The notes under the pieces are model-generated. The model had not been told where the DNA came from. It saw only the letters and a list, made by a program, of their open reading frames with translations, and ran no database searches. A program made the position numbers and the translations under genes. Of a DNA stretch of 64,000 bases, positions 51,421 to 64,000 are shown in pieces. The DNA comes from Lama glama (Eukaryota): assembly GCA_028534125.1 (NCBI GenBank), contig CM052816.1, positions 55,120,001-55,184,000 of the forward strand, written 5' to 3'. Every line of letters starts with the position of its first letter. The stretch's first letter is position 1.

Positions 51421-53686
51421 AAAACACATTTTAAAAGTTGCAAAGTTTTAAATGAGTCTGCATTTTTCCAACTAGATAAGGAAGTAAAACCTTATAGTTT
51501 AGAATCAGACTAAATCAGAAGACCTGGAGGGTCTACTGAACGTTTGGAAGTCACTTAATCTATCTGTGCCTCAATTTTCTAACTTAAAAAAGGCAGAATA
51601 TTTTTGCACACCTAATTATTAAAAAAATACTATGGATATAAATGAGATTCTACAGGCAAAACACTTCGAAGAGTTCTAGTTAGTGGTGATCATCTCTACG
51701 AAGCCAAGGTATTCTGGTTCTCATAATTTTATAGTTAATGGATGGGTACTGCAAATAGCTATGAAGAATGCATCTGTGAGGCTCCATCTGCAGAAGGAGA
51801 AATGACTCTTCATTCTCCTACCATTTACACATGCTGACATTTTGTTTTAATTTCTGTTGCTGGTCTATTTTTCTCCTGACCTTTATGCTTAGCAGTGCCA
51901 GGCCCCCAGTGAGAAGCTCCCAACTCTGACATTGCCCGGCATCTGAAGCGTTATCACTCCCATAATTAACAGTGACTGGAAACAAATAATTTAATTCTGG
52001 GCAAATGAAAATGAATCAATGGTGTCAACTCCATTTCCCATCTTCCTAATTTTCTGTAACAAAAGAGGAGAGGGAAATGTCTGTTCCCTGGAGTGAGATT
52101 CACTTAGGAAAGTGAGAGACAGCTAAATAACTGGTGATGCCCCACTCCTCATTCCCACAAAACACTGTTGTCCCGGCAGGAAAATCATTCTTTGTGCTGA
52201 ATAAATAAAGTCGCACAGAATATGGTAGCTGTACATATTTATGTTTCTAAGAAAATATACTCATGACTTAGTGTGTTGAATTAAGAGGAAAACACATTCA
52301 GAGGGATGCTCATCTATCACAAAGCCAGGTACACCTCAGGCTAAAACAAGAGCTCCTTTCAGTCTCCTTTACATGCAGGAACAGGAGTACAACACAGCGC
52401 TGCTAATGATGCTTCAGCAAGGTTAAAGCAAAAGCCTGTGGCATTTGCAATAAAATCCACACAAAGGCGTCTTAACCTTGCATTCAGAATGCAGTTTACT
52501 TGTTTACAGAGCGGCTAGTTCGAAAGGACTTCATTGCAACTGAAGTCCTCGCTGTGTCATCCCTGGTTCCATCACTGAACCTTCATCTGTAAAACCAAGG
52601 GTCTGGACTGTGACCCACAATTTCTCTTCCTCCTCTGAAATCCTCAGTGTGTGGAACTGGTGGACAGGCACTGTACCGATGTGGAGATTCTGTCATTTGC
52701 TATGTCAGTTCCAATTATGCATTCTGAAACTGGAATCCACAAGGTAGATTCAGGGACCCACTGGACCCACTGTGAGATGGATCTGAGCTACAGCTCCACT
52801 GATCACCTGACCTCGCTAAGTCTCTACTCTGACTGGTGGAACACAGTGACATTTTGGGTCTCCTGGAATTAGTGTCAGTTCAGAGCCAGTGTCTAGTAGG
52901 CCCTGAAAAGTCTGATTATTTCCTTTTCCCTCATTCAGTTACCCTGGTAAAAGGCTATAGGTCCTTTCGGGGGAAGGATGGACAGTATAAACATTCAGCA
53001 ATGTACAGAGTCCTTCCACCAGAAGACCTGGTCTCCCCTTCCTCCAAGGGGTTCTGGGTCTATAAACTGGCTCAAATATGGGAATTGATTGAGGGGTCAT
53101 GACTCTGCTTTTATGATGCAAGTTAAACTTCTGGTCACTTGACTTAGAATGCTTCCCCTTATGCAGATCAAGTAAGAATTTACTAAACTTCCCATCTATT
53201 TCTCTTCCAGGAACACCATCGTGGAAGGTCCACGCTGGTCAGACTGTCGCACTGCTGCTGTGACTGGTGTCCTTTACAGTAACCCCGCCCACCTTGCCTT
53301 GAGCAATTAAGCAGCAAAGAGCAGGCAGACATATCATGTCAATCTCTGCCCTCTTGGAATTCACGTGCAGGTGGAAAATAGAAGTAAACACATAAGAAGC
53401 AAGTGTTTTCAGACATCGGTCAGTGCAACCAAGAAGACAAGACAGGGGTCTGCGGTGAGAGTCCCCATGAGGGGTGGTCTCAGGATGGTCCATATGAGTT
53501 CGCCAGAGCTGAGGGCTCTGGGAGAAGCTCCTGCAAAGGAGAAAGGATGGCAGGAGCGCGGCTCCCGGGAAACGTGTGGAGCATTGGAGGGTCTGAGCAC
53601 CACAGGCCCATGACAGAAGCATTCCCAACATTCTGAACCTTATTTCCTTGGTCAGCTAGATTTCCTCAGTTTAAAAACCAGATGGT

Positions 53687-53771
53687 GGGGAGGGAATAGC
53701 TCAGCGGTAGAGCACATGCTTATTTAGCATGCATGAGGTCCTGGGTTCATCCCCAGTACCCTTAAAAAAAA

Positions 53772-53805
<34 letters not shown>

Positions 53806-53855
53806 CACACACACACCTAATTGCCTCCCTCTAAAAAATAAAGAAAAAGAAAAAG
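53687..53855 (+). mobile_element. tRNA-derived camelid SINE (vic-1 type) with (AT)n(AC)n in its tail
   Basis: ggggagggaatagctcagcggtagagcacatgct...gcatgcatgaggtcctgggttcatccccagtacc. Flanking direct repeat aaaaacca. Confidence 0.9.
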
Positions 53856-53959
53856 AAAAACCATGTCAGATGTAGGTGAAGGGAGCTGTCTCGTAAGGAG
53901 GAACAACAGGATCTCTTATTTAAGGTCTCTATGGTCAAAGTCTTAACGCTTTGGCTTAA

Positions 53960-54116
53960 GGGTTTTTTTTTTCTTTTTAATTGAAGTATAGTTGATTTAC
54001 AATGTTTTGTGATTCAGTTATACATACGTGTATATATATGTATTCCTTTTCATATTCTTTTTCATTATAGGTTATTACAAGATACTGCATATAGTTCCCT
54101 GTGCTATACAGTAGGA
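53960..54116 (-). mobile_element. Short L1 3' end with TSD tggcttaa
   Basis: Poly-T plus aattgaagtatagttgatttacaatg...gttccctgtgctatacagtagga. tggcttaa at 53952-53959 and 54117-54124. Confidence 0.88.
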
Positions 54117-54150
54117 TGGCTTAAATTTTAATTAAGAAAGTTTAAATAAA

Positions 54151-54211
54151 CACAACATTGTAAACTGATTATACTTCAATTAAAAAAAAAGAAAAAGAGA
54201 CAGAAAATGAG
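54151..54211 (+). mobile_element. Extremely truncated L1 3' tail with TSD gtttaaataaa
   Basis: cacaacattgtaaactgattatacttcaattaaaaaaaaa, flanked by gtttaaataaa on both sides. Confidence 0.75.
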
Positions 54212-57199
54212 GTTTAAATAAAAAGACACCATGTCAAACTATCAGCTGCTTACATGCTGAGGTCAGAAGTAATGGGTTTCAACATTATATGCCTTTAAAA
54301 CGAGAAGAAGCTTCCAGTGGAAACCGGTTTCTTGTTCATAGTTTTCACTGTTTTCTCCTCCTTCTGTGAGTCTCCCATGCCCATTGCTGTTACCTCTCTT
54401 CGGGGACTGACTAGTTCTTAGTAGATGGAGCTGCCTGAGTGTCTTTCCTCTACGACCAGTTGGGAAGCACCTGGGGGCCAGGGCTCATCTATATCCAAGA
54501 AAGGTCTCTCATGGTTTCAGGGATAGAGCAGATGCAAAAGTGTTTGTTTTTGTTGTTTTTTGACCTGAACTGGAATGGAATTGGAGAAAACTAGAGACTC
54601 AGCTGAGACCACTCCAAGATCCAGAAACAGGGTGCCTGGATGAACCCTAGAGCTGCTGAGAAGCTCTCTGTCATGGAGGCCACACTCCACATGTGACATG
54701 TAGGTAACATGGACCAGAAACTCAGCCGAGGGTGAGAGATCACCTTCTTCATTTCCCTTAGCAACCGCATTTCTCAGGGCCCCTCAGCTTCTGGACCCCA
54801 CAAAGTTCCGGGTGTTTCGCCACCTGGGCCCAGGCAAGTCAGCCCACACTCCTCCCTCAGCCCCGCCCCCGGCCTTGAGAATCTCCACCTATCCCGGGGA
54901 GCAGGGATGCGTCCTTTTATGCGCCTGTTTTCTCCCAAGTCTTTGCCCATGATTTCTGTTTCATTCCTGGGCAAGACTTGAAATTTCGAAGTCAGAAAGG
55001 AGCCTCCTTTCCCCTCCCTCTGCGGTCACTCTGAGACCACGAGCACAGGACAGCTTAGCTGAATGAGCAGGAGGAAGAGCAAAGAGAGAACAGGGAATGC
55101 CAAACAGGAGGTGTGTGTGTGTGTGTTGGGGGGGTGTTTCTAGATATTACACCACATTTCCTTCCCTACAGTGTACTCTTAACACATTACCTCACTTGAT
55201 CCTCAGACTCCAAGGTAGGAATATCAAGTACTGTTATTTCCCTTTTACAACAGATGAAGCAGGTTGGAGAGCCTGAGGAACGCTCTCGAGGTCTCGTAGG
55301 AAAGGGCAGGGGTGGCACGGACTTGGGTTTCTGGGCTCCCAATCCTATGCCAACTTTGCAAAGGCACAAAGTGGATAAGCCTCTGGTACCACAATTTATA
55401 GAACCTGGCTGAGTTAGCAATGCACAGTAAACTGTATTATTTGGAAGTCTGCAGCCCTGAGCTGCTAGCTGAAGAATGATTTCTCTGCCATCGGGAAGAG
55501 GACGATGTCATGAATATACCCAAGCAGTCTGTCTCTGTATTGCCCTTGAATTAGCTTCCAGGCAGTCCCTTATTTTGGAGTATTTTGCAGCCACCAGAAT
55601 GGCCCTTTTCTCTGCAGTCAGTTGGGTTGACCATGTCATCATCCAAACTGGCACGTAAAATTGCCGTAATAATTTGACCACAGTCAGGTACTTTTGAATC
55701 TGGTGTTTCCTGGTTAAGGCTGCAAACGGAAAGGACAGGAAATTTCAGAACTTAGGTGATTAGCCTTCTCCTGACAGGCCTGTGGTATTACATTGATAAA
55801 AGAAAGCAGAAGGAAGCTTTGCTGGTGGCAAGAATGTCTTATCCCGTGGACCCTGAGAAGGTTCTTTAACAAACAGACAGACCCAAGTAACACCTGTTCA
55901 TCCTCAGGCATGTCAATTCACTCGGCACTAGGTCTGCTGTAGTCCCTTGAACCTATGAGCCAAACTACCTCCCCAAGGACAGCGGATGTAGCTAGTCTCA
56001 CACAGAGCTCCGAGCACCAAGGGTCCCCTCCGCTGAAGAAAAGTCCCCTTTCCCCATCGTTACAAAGCAAATTATTGGTTCTGATCATTCTTTTCCAAGG
56101 AAAAAATATTTTCACACTTTCCCAAACTTTCTAACTCTCCTGGTTTACTGGAACGGTTTACTGGAGTGTCTTCACTTTAATAAAGGAAAGCTTGTGAGAT
56201 TTGTGCAACTTAGTAACATATTTGCATTGCCCACCGTATGCAGTGGGCATCAGAAGGAGAGGCCATAAAAAGATAAAAAAAGAAATCAGAAAAATCTGTG
56301 GATAATCCAACAACCTCAATATGTGCACAAATCTCGTGGCAGCAAGTGATATAAAATTTTTTCAATGTTTTGAATGAATTACAAAGGTGACCCATTAGTC
56401 TGCATGGAGAAATCTTCATACTCTTGAAGTAGCCCACTTATACAGTCTTTCTCTCTGAAGCCTTACATTCCTATTAATCTTAGCTCTGGTTTTAAAGTAC
56501 TGCTGCATGTAATTAAGAGAGATGGGATGAAGCTTTCTGAACTTCTCTTTTGGCAAAACTGTGCTTTGCTGTGTGGGTACCACGATCATCAACCACTACA
56601 GCTGATCTGCTTCTCCAATTCATAACCCAGCACTGTCTCTTGCCCTTTCTTCATTCATTTTTATTTTATTTTGTATTATTCCTGTAGATTCATCTTATGC
56701 TAAGAAAGAATGTCTCTAATGAAAACAAAGTTCTCAAGCATGAATCTGAAATTTTCTATTTTCACTATTTGTTTTCTTGGACTCTCATAATTGAGCTGTT
56801 GGATTTTCCTAAGCTGTGTGATTCACTTTGTCTAGGAGTAAGTGCTTCAAGATCGTTAAAGACGATTACACTATTGGCTATACTACGCCACTGCACTTGG
56901 TTAATAGGGTAACTCCTGTTAATTCAGCAGAAGTCAGAAACTTCCAAAAAGAATGTACTGCGTCTCAAGAAGCAGGCTTCCCAACTAGTTAAACATGCTG
57001 TTAAGATAGATCAATAAAACAACATTTATTTGAGATATTCTCATCGTGTATTTAAGAGCATGCTTGAGTGGTTCAAATCTTTAATTAGTTCATAATAGGT
57101 AGGACCAGAGCTGTTTCTTGCTTAAATTCTCAGAAGGAACAACATTTATGATTGCACACTGCCAAAGAAACAGCATTCCGTTAAGAACAATCCCCATTT

Positions 57200-57502
57200 C
57201 CGATACCTCATTTTATTGTGTTTTGTTTTACTGTGCTTTGCAGGTATTGCGTTGTTCACAAATTGAAGGTCTATGGCAACCCTGCATTGGGCAAGTCTGT
57301 CAGCACCGTTTTTCCAACAGCATTTGCTCACTTCAAGTCATTATGTCACATTTTGGTAATTCTCCCAATGTTTCAAAGTTTTTCATTATTATTATGTTAC
57401 CATGGTGATCTGTGATCAGTGGTCTTTGATGTCATCACGACAACTCTCTGAAGGCTCAGATGATGATTAGCACTTTTTAGTAATAAAACATTTTTAAATT
57501 AA
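57200..57502 (+). mobile_element. Internally deleted Tigger1-type (TcMar) DNA transposon
   Basis: Tigger1 5' part (atacctcattttattgtg...aaattgaaggtctatggcaaccctgc...ggtgatctgtgatcagt) joined at about 57435 to the 3' part (ctgaaggctcagatgatgattagcactttttag). Confidence 0.85.
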
Positions 57503-57748
57503 AAAAAAATACTCATTTCCTAGACATAAAACACTAAAAGAATCGGCCACGAGAATACAGATGTGTGTTCCCTTCTCTTCGGGATTTAAAGGTTGATAAT
57601 TATATTTTTAACCAGCATTAGGGCTCCTAAGGAAATGCATTAAGGGATAATTTCTTGGTAATGAGGATCTCGAGAGTAGAAAACATGTACATTATGCTTT
57701 TATGTAGAATAAATACATTAGCATAAAATATGAAGGAGAAAACCTTAC

Positions 57749-57929
57749 CCGAATCCAGAAAGTAAGCGACAGAAGAGAAAGAAGCCATAACCTTGGACAA
57801 ATGACGAAAGGAAGGCAAAGAATCCGTTGATAGACATGCAGATCAGAAGAGACTGCTTCCTTCCCGCTTTGTCCGCCAGTCCTCCCCAGAAGAACGCCCC
57901 CACCATCATCCCGAGGTACACTATGCTGC
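57749..57929 (-). CDS. SV2C: SV2C internal coding exon (probably exon 3), 181 nt
   Basis: Acceptor ttgcag|GC AGC ATA and donor TTC GG|gtaagg. Translates (G)SIVYLGMMVGAFFWGGLADKAGRKQSLLICMSINGFFAFLSSFVQGYGFFLFCRLLSGF(G), which includes MFS motif A (GGLADKxGRK) and matches recalled SV2C. Phase 1 to 2. Confidence 0.97.
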
Positions 57930-58599
57930 CTGCAACACACAGAAAACAAAGAAACACGTCAGAGATTGGGAGTAAACATCACATGTAACAGCAAATGAAC
58001 AAGGGACAACGTGCATTCCAGAATTCCGCGTAGGAATACCTGCCTTTAAAAATAGACCCTTTCAGACACACGAATCAGATTTCAGCTTGGAAAGCAAGCC
58101 CTGTGGGCTACCTTTGGGTGCCATGGCCGATGGCAAGGGCAAAAGACGAAACAGTCACATGCTCACCAGCCTTGTGGGGATGGGTGCCCAGTGGGCAGGC
58201 ATAAAGACTCTCCATACAGAACAGTTCTGCAGTTTGACTTATGGCTGTGTCACCTTTGGTCCAAATGCCCAGCTTAGTACCATGACAAGGCCAGGATGAG
58301 AGACTGAGTCAAAATGGATCCTCCAGACTGCTTCAAATCTCCACTGTAGCAGATGACCTGGGCCAAGGCCAGACCCTTAGGGAACCTCTAAAAGATTCCA
58401 TGGGTTCTTTCTCTCCGATCCTTCCTGAAAGCCCTGGCCCTTCCTTGGGAAGGAAAGGAAGTTAGGGAAGGTAAGATGACAAGAGTTCATCTTAAAATAG
58501 TCTCAAATCCTCTCAAAAAGAAAGCTTTTTCTTGGAGTCAGGAATTTAATGAGCCTAAGGAGAACGGAAGTCACTGTTAGTAGTCTGGGAATTGTCTTT

Positions 58600-61500
58600 T
58601 GTGTTAGGTTTTTGGTCTTTTGTTTTTATTGAAGTATAGCTGCTTTACAATGTTGTGTTAGTTTCTGGTGTGCAGCAAAGTGATACAGTTTTACATATAT
58701 ATATATATTCTTTTTTCATATTTTTTTTCCATTATGGCTGATTATAAAATATTGAATATAGTTCCCTAAACACGACATTGTTGTTTATTTTATCTATAGT
58801 AGTGTGTATCTGCTAACCCCAAACTCCTAATTTATCCCTCCCCCACTCCCTTCTCTAGTAACCATAAGTTTGTTTTCTATGTCTGAGTCTGTTTCTGTTT
58901 TATGAATAAGTTTATTTATATCAATACTTTAGATTCCACATATAAGTGATATTATGTAATATTTGTCTTTTTTTTTCTGACTTACTTCATTTAGTATGAT
59001 AATCTCTAGGTCCACCCATGCTGCTGCAAATAGCATTGTTTTATTATTTTTCATGGCTGAGTAGTATTCCATTGTGTGTGTGTATGCACACACTTTTTCT
59101 TTATTCATCTGTTGATGGACATTTAGGTCGCTTCCATGTCTTGGCTATTGTAAATAATGCTGCTATGAACAATAGGGTGTATATATCTTTTTGAGTTAAG
59201 AGTTTTCTACAGATACATGCCCAGGAGTGGGATTGCTGGATCATATGGTAATTCTATTTTTAGTTTTTTAAGGAACTTCCATACTGTTTTCCAATATGGC
59301 TGCACCAGTTTACATTCCCACTAATAGTATAGAAGGGCTCTCTTTTCTCCACACCTTCTCCAGCATTTATTATTTATAGACTTTTTGATGATGGCCATTC
59401 TGACTGGTGTGAGGTGATACCTCATTGTGGTTTTGATTTGCATTTCTCTAATAATTAGCGACATGGAGCATCTTTTCATGTGCCTATTGGCCATCAGTAT
59501 GTCTTCTTTGGAGAAATGTCTGTTTAGGTCCTGTGTCCATTTCTTGATTTGTTTGTTTGTTTGTTATTGAGTTGTATGAGCTATTTTTATACATTGGAAA
59601 CTATTTTATACATTGGAAGCTCTTGTCGGTTGCATCATTTGCAAATATTTTCTCCAACTCTGTAGAGGTTGTCTTTATGTTTTGTTTATGATTTCCTTTC
59701 CTGTGCAAAAGCTTATTAGTTTCATTAGGTCCCATTTGTTTATTCTTGCTTGTATTTCTATTGCCTTGGGAGAGACTGACCTAAGAAAGCATTGCTACAA
59801 TTCATGTCAGAGAATGTTCTGCCTATGCTCTCTTCTAGGAGTTTTATGGTGTCCTGTCTTAAGTCTTTAAGCCATTTTGAGTTTATTTTTGTGTACAGTA
59901 TGAGAGAGTGCTCTAAATTCATTGATTTACATGTGGCTGGCCAGCTTTCCCAACTCCAGTTGCTGAAGAGGCTGTCTTTTCTCCGTTGTATATTCTTGCC
60001 TCTTTTGTTGAAGCTTAATTGACCATAGACGTGTTAGTTTATTTCTGGGCTTTTTAATCTTTTCCATTGATTCATGTGTCTGTTTTTGTGCCAATACCAT
60101 GCTGTTTTGATTATTGTATCTTTGTAGTATTATCTGAGGTCTGGAAGGGTTAAACCTCCAGCTTTATTCTTTTTCATCAGGATTGCTTTGGCAATTCTGA
60201 GTCTTATATGGTTCCATATAAATTTTAGGATTATGCATTCTAGTTCTGTGAAAAATGTCCTGGGTAATTAAGACAGGGATTGCATTAAATCTGTAGATTG
60301 CTTTGGGTAGTATGGATATTTTAACAATATTAATTCTTCCAATCCAAGAGCATAGGATATCTTTCCATTTCTTTGAATCATCTTCAATTTCCTTTGTCAA
60401 TGTTTTATAGTTGTCAGCATAGAAGTCTCTCACCCTCTTGGTCAGGTTTATTTCTGAGTATTTTTTGATACAATTTTTAAAGGGATTGTTTTTTTACTTT
60501 TCCTTTCTGATATTTCATTGCTAGTGCAAAGAAATGCAATAGATTTCTGTATGTTAATCTTGTATCCTGCTATCTTGCTGAATTTGTTAATCAGCTCTAG
60601 CAGTTTTTGTGTGGAGTTTTTAGGGTTTTCTATATACAGAATCATGTCCTCTGCATATAGTGACAATTTTACCTCTTTCCTTCTAATTTGGATACTTTTA
60701 ACTTCTTTTTCTTGTCTCACTGCTGTGGCTAGGACTTCCAGTACTATGTTGAACAGAAGAGGTAACAGTGGGCATACTTGTCTTGTTCCAGATTTTAGCA
60801 GGAAGGCTTTTAGCTTTTCACTGTTGAGTATTATTCTGGCTGTGGGTTTGTCATAAATAGCTTTTATTATGTTGAGATTATGTTCCCTCTGTACCCACTT
60901 TGGTAAGAGTTTTTAATCATGAATGGATGTTGAATTTTATCAAATACTTTTCCTGCATCAATTGAGATGATCATGTGGTTTTTGTCTTTTCTTTTGTTGA
61001 TGTGATGTATCATATTAATTGATTTTCATATGTTGAACCATCCTTGTGTCCCTGGGATGAATCCAACTTCATCATGGTGTATGATCTTTTTTATGTGTTG
61101 TTGAATTTGGTTTGCTAACATTTTGTTGAGAATATTTTTGCATTTATATTCATCAAAGATATCGGCCTGTAATTTTCTTTTCTGGTAGTGTCTTTGGTTT
61201 TGGTATCAGAGTGATGGTGGCTTCATAGAATAAGTTTGGGAGTGTTCTCTCCTCTTCAATCTTTTCAAAGAGCTTGAGGAGGGTCAGTAAGTTTTTCTTT
61301 GTATGTTTAGTAAAATTCCCCAGTGAAGCCATCTGCTACTGGACTTTTGTTTGCAGGGAGTTTTTTTTTATTATTACAGATTTTATTTCACCTCTATTAT
61401 CTATTTCTGCTACTGGACTTTTGTTTGCAGGGAGTTTTTTTTTATTATTACAGATTTTATTTCACCTCTATTATCTATTTCTTCTCGATTCAGTTTTGGT

Positions 61501-63100
61501 GGACTGCATGTTTCTAGAAACCTGTCCATTTCTTCTAGGCTGTCCAATTTGTTGGCATATAATTGTTCATAGTATCCTCTTAAGGTTCTTAGCATTTCTG
61601 CATATCAGTTGTTATTTCTCCTCTTTCATTCCTAATTTTGTTTTTTTTGGGGGGGGGTCCTTTCTCTTTTCTTCTTGGTGAACCTTGCCAGAGGTCTGTC
61701 AATTTTGTTTACCCTTTCAAAGAAACAGCTTTTGGTTTTATTGATTTTTTTCTATTTTTATATCTCTATTTTATTTATTTTATCTCTGATTTTTATTATT
61801 TCCTACTTTCTGCTGACTTTTGTTTGCTGTTCATTGTAGTTATCATCGCTTTTACAAAAACTTTTTAAAATTAAAAAAAATTTTTACATCTGTATACTAG
61901 CTTATTTAAGTGATTTGCTTTCCAACTGTGATTTTCTCTTTCCTATAAATTATTGCTTCTTTTCTATTTAGAAAAGACCTTTCAGTATTTCTTTTAGGAT
62001 AAATTTAATATTGCTGTATTCTTTTAGTTTTTGCTTGTCTGATAAATTTTTTACCTCCTGTTATTCTAAATAATATTGTTGCTGAATAGAGTATCCTTTA
62101 AGTTGCAGGGTTTTTTTGCTTTTAGGACTTTGAATATATCTTGCCAGTCCCTGCTGGCCTGAATTGTTTCTGTAGAGAAGTCAGCTAATAGCCTTATGGG
62201 GGTTCCCTTGTAATTAACACTTCATTTTTCTCTTGCTGCTTTAACTCTTGCCATGTTAATTATAAGATGTCTTAGTGTAAGTTTGTTTGGGTTCATCTTG
62301 TTTGGGACCCTCTGTGCTTCCTGTACCTGGATATCTGTTTCCTTCTTTAGATTTGGGAAGTTTTCAGCCATAATTTCTTCAAATATATTTTTTAGTCCCT
62401 CTTTTCTTCTCCTTCTGGGATCCCCATTATGCATAGCTGGGCATGCTTTATGTTATCCTATAAGTCTTGTATACTGCTTTCTTTTTTTTAACTTGTCTTT
62501 CTGTCTGCTGTTCTGATTGGGTGAGTCCCATAATTCTATCTTCCAGATCATCTGTTATTTCTTCTGCATTTGTTATTTATTGCCTTTAGTTCAGCTTTCA
62601 TCTCAGCAAATGGGTTTTCTAATTTTATTTGGTTACTCTTTATAGTTTGTAGTTTTTTTTACAGTAATCTTCATCTCTATTGATAGCCTTTCTTAATTCC
62701 ATCAGTATTTCTATTACCTCTCTTTTGAACTCAGGTTTATTGGATTGGAGAGGTCTCTTTCATTGCTTGTTCTTTCAGCAGAATTCTCTTGATCTTTTAA
62801 TTGGGAATGGTTCCTCTGTGTATTCATTTAACTTATATATCTCTGACTCTAGAAGAAACAGTTATCTACTGTGGTCTTGAAGGGCTGTTTTTACATGGGA
62901 GCATCCCTGTGTAGCTGGCATGAGTCTAATATTTTTGTTGCAAAGGCTGTTTTTAGTATGGATACCTGCCACATCTTTCCTCAGTGTGTGCTGACCACTA
63001 CCCCCCTAATAGTGGTGTTGCAGTGACCAGAGACTACACTGGATATTAAGCAAGGCCTCCTCTTTGCTCTGTGGTTGTCACAGCCCTGATGGGGGCTTGA
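58600..63100 (-). mobile_element. About 4.5-kb degenerate L1 (5' region, ORF1, RT-containing ORF2, 3' UTR)
   Basis: ORF1 remnant EEIMAENFPNLKKETDIQVQEAQRVPNKMNP (62222..62434). ORF2 remnants [40 protein letters not shown] and WIGRINIVKISILPKAIYRFNAIP. Many stops and frameshifts. Confidence 0.95.
61332..61479. repeat. Perfect 74-bp tandem duplication inside L1 ORF2
   Basis: tctgctactggacttttgtttgcagggag(t9)attattacagattttatttcacctctattatctatt occurs at 61332-61405 and 61406-61479. Confidence 0.95.
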
Positions 63101-64000
63101 AACAATTTGGGAACTGTTAAATGCATCATAGTTGGCTTTGCTTTCATAAGGAAAACACATGGAAAATCAAGAGTTAGATAAATGTCCCTCTCGGCATCAC
63201 TAAGTTCACATTTGAATTTCCTAATTCACTTGCTTCTTCTGAAAAACCAAGCCCCCATATGGTCTGTCCAGAATCTTTTACAGGATGCAGTAATATTAGG
63301 TATGGCAAATGTTACCTACAGGGGGTTATCTAAAAGGTTGTGCAATGTTTAGGGGGAAATGGCATAACTAATAAATAAATGTTTGGCTTTAAAAAAGTTG
63401 CCAACTACATCTTAAATCCATTTCTGCTTTTTCCTTTGTGTCACCAGAGCACCATTTGACCCATTCATTCTCAAAGGCATGTTCAAGATACTCAGCAGCA
63501 TCTAAATTATAAGCTAAAAAAATATTGCTTTAGATTTTTGAGAAATAGCCTATTTAAACATTCACCCCAAATTCATTTGCTTAACACACAGTTAATGAAT
63601 CAATATGAGACCATTTTGAGGAGTTTGGTGACCCCACCTCAGTGATATGCAGCTGTTGCTTTGCAGATAGCTGAGTACAGACAGCTACAGTGAATCAGGA
63701 ATGTTGGAGCAATTACACAATAAAACGAAACAGAAGCTGTTTTTATTTAGACCAGGTACTGCAAAGAGGTGGGTGGTCACCCTTTTCCTGGGTTGTGGTG
63801 GCATACTTTTCTCTGTACTACTGGGCTGACATCATCCTTCTCAATAAAGAGATTATTCATATCATAAGGCCCAATGCATATCAAGAAGAAAGAATATATC
63901 CGCACAAGGCAAAAGAACCCCAAAAGCAGACAGATTCACCCAGGGAAATGCATATGCAGCATCTCTCTTATTTACGGCCTAAGAGGCTCAAGTTTGCCAC

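Noticed and set aside
59581..59619. About 20-bp tandem duplication ctattttatacattggaa
   Set aside because: A small slippage event within the decayed L1; only two units, so not an array.
58600..63100. Active retrotransposon or novel reverse-transcriptase system
   Set aside because: ORF1 and ORF2 are fragmented by stops and frameshifts, the catalytic motif reads YAED rather than the usual (F/Y)ADD, and the endonuclease region appears missing.
1..64000. CRISPR arrays, rRNA, operons, NUMTs or processed pseudogenes
   Set aside because: No repeat-spacer arrays or recognisable matches seen. A short, decayed pseudogene cannot be excluded without a BLAST search.

Overview
Mammalian genomic DNA, most likely from a camelid (alpaca, llama or camel), judged from five copies of a tRNA-Ala-derived vic-1-type SINE and cetartiodactyl-type L1 3' ends. 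The whole window lies inside one minus-strand gene, SV2C (synaptic vesicle glycoprotein 2C, an MFS-fold transporter-like protein). Six internal coding exons (181, 152, 134, 90, 111 and 89 nt; probably exons 3-8) have canonical GT-AG borders and splice into one uninterrupted 757-nt frame. The gene start and end lie outside the window. The rest is intron, containing L1, L2, MIR, SINE, LTR and DNA-transposon fossils, microsatellites and a 500-N assembly gap. I found no convincing new biological system. The best leads are modest: a MER53 hairpin carrying a miR-1302-like sequence, a cluster of nuclear-receptor half-sites, an endonuclease-deleted sense-strand L1 ending just before an exon, a CTCF-like site, and several recent insertions and duplications. 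Repeat family names and comparisons with human proteins come from recalled consensus sequences, not from searches, and repeat boundaries are approximate.
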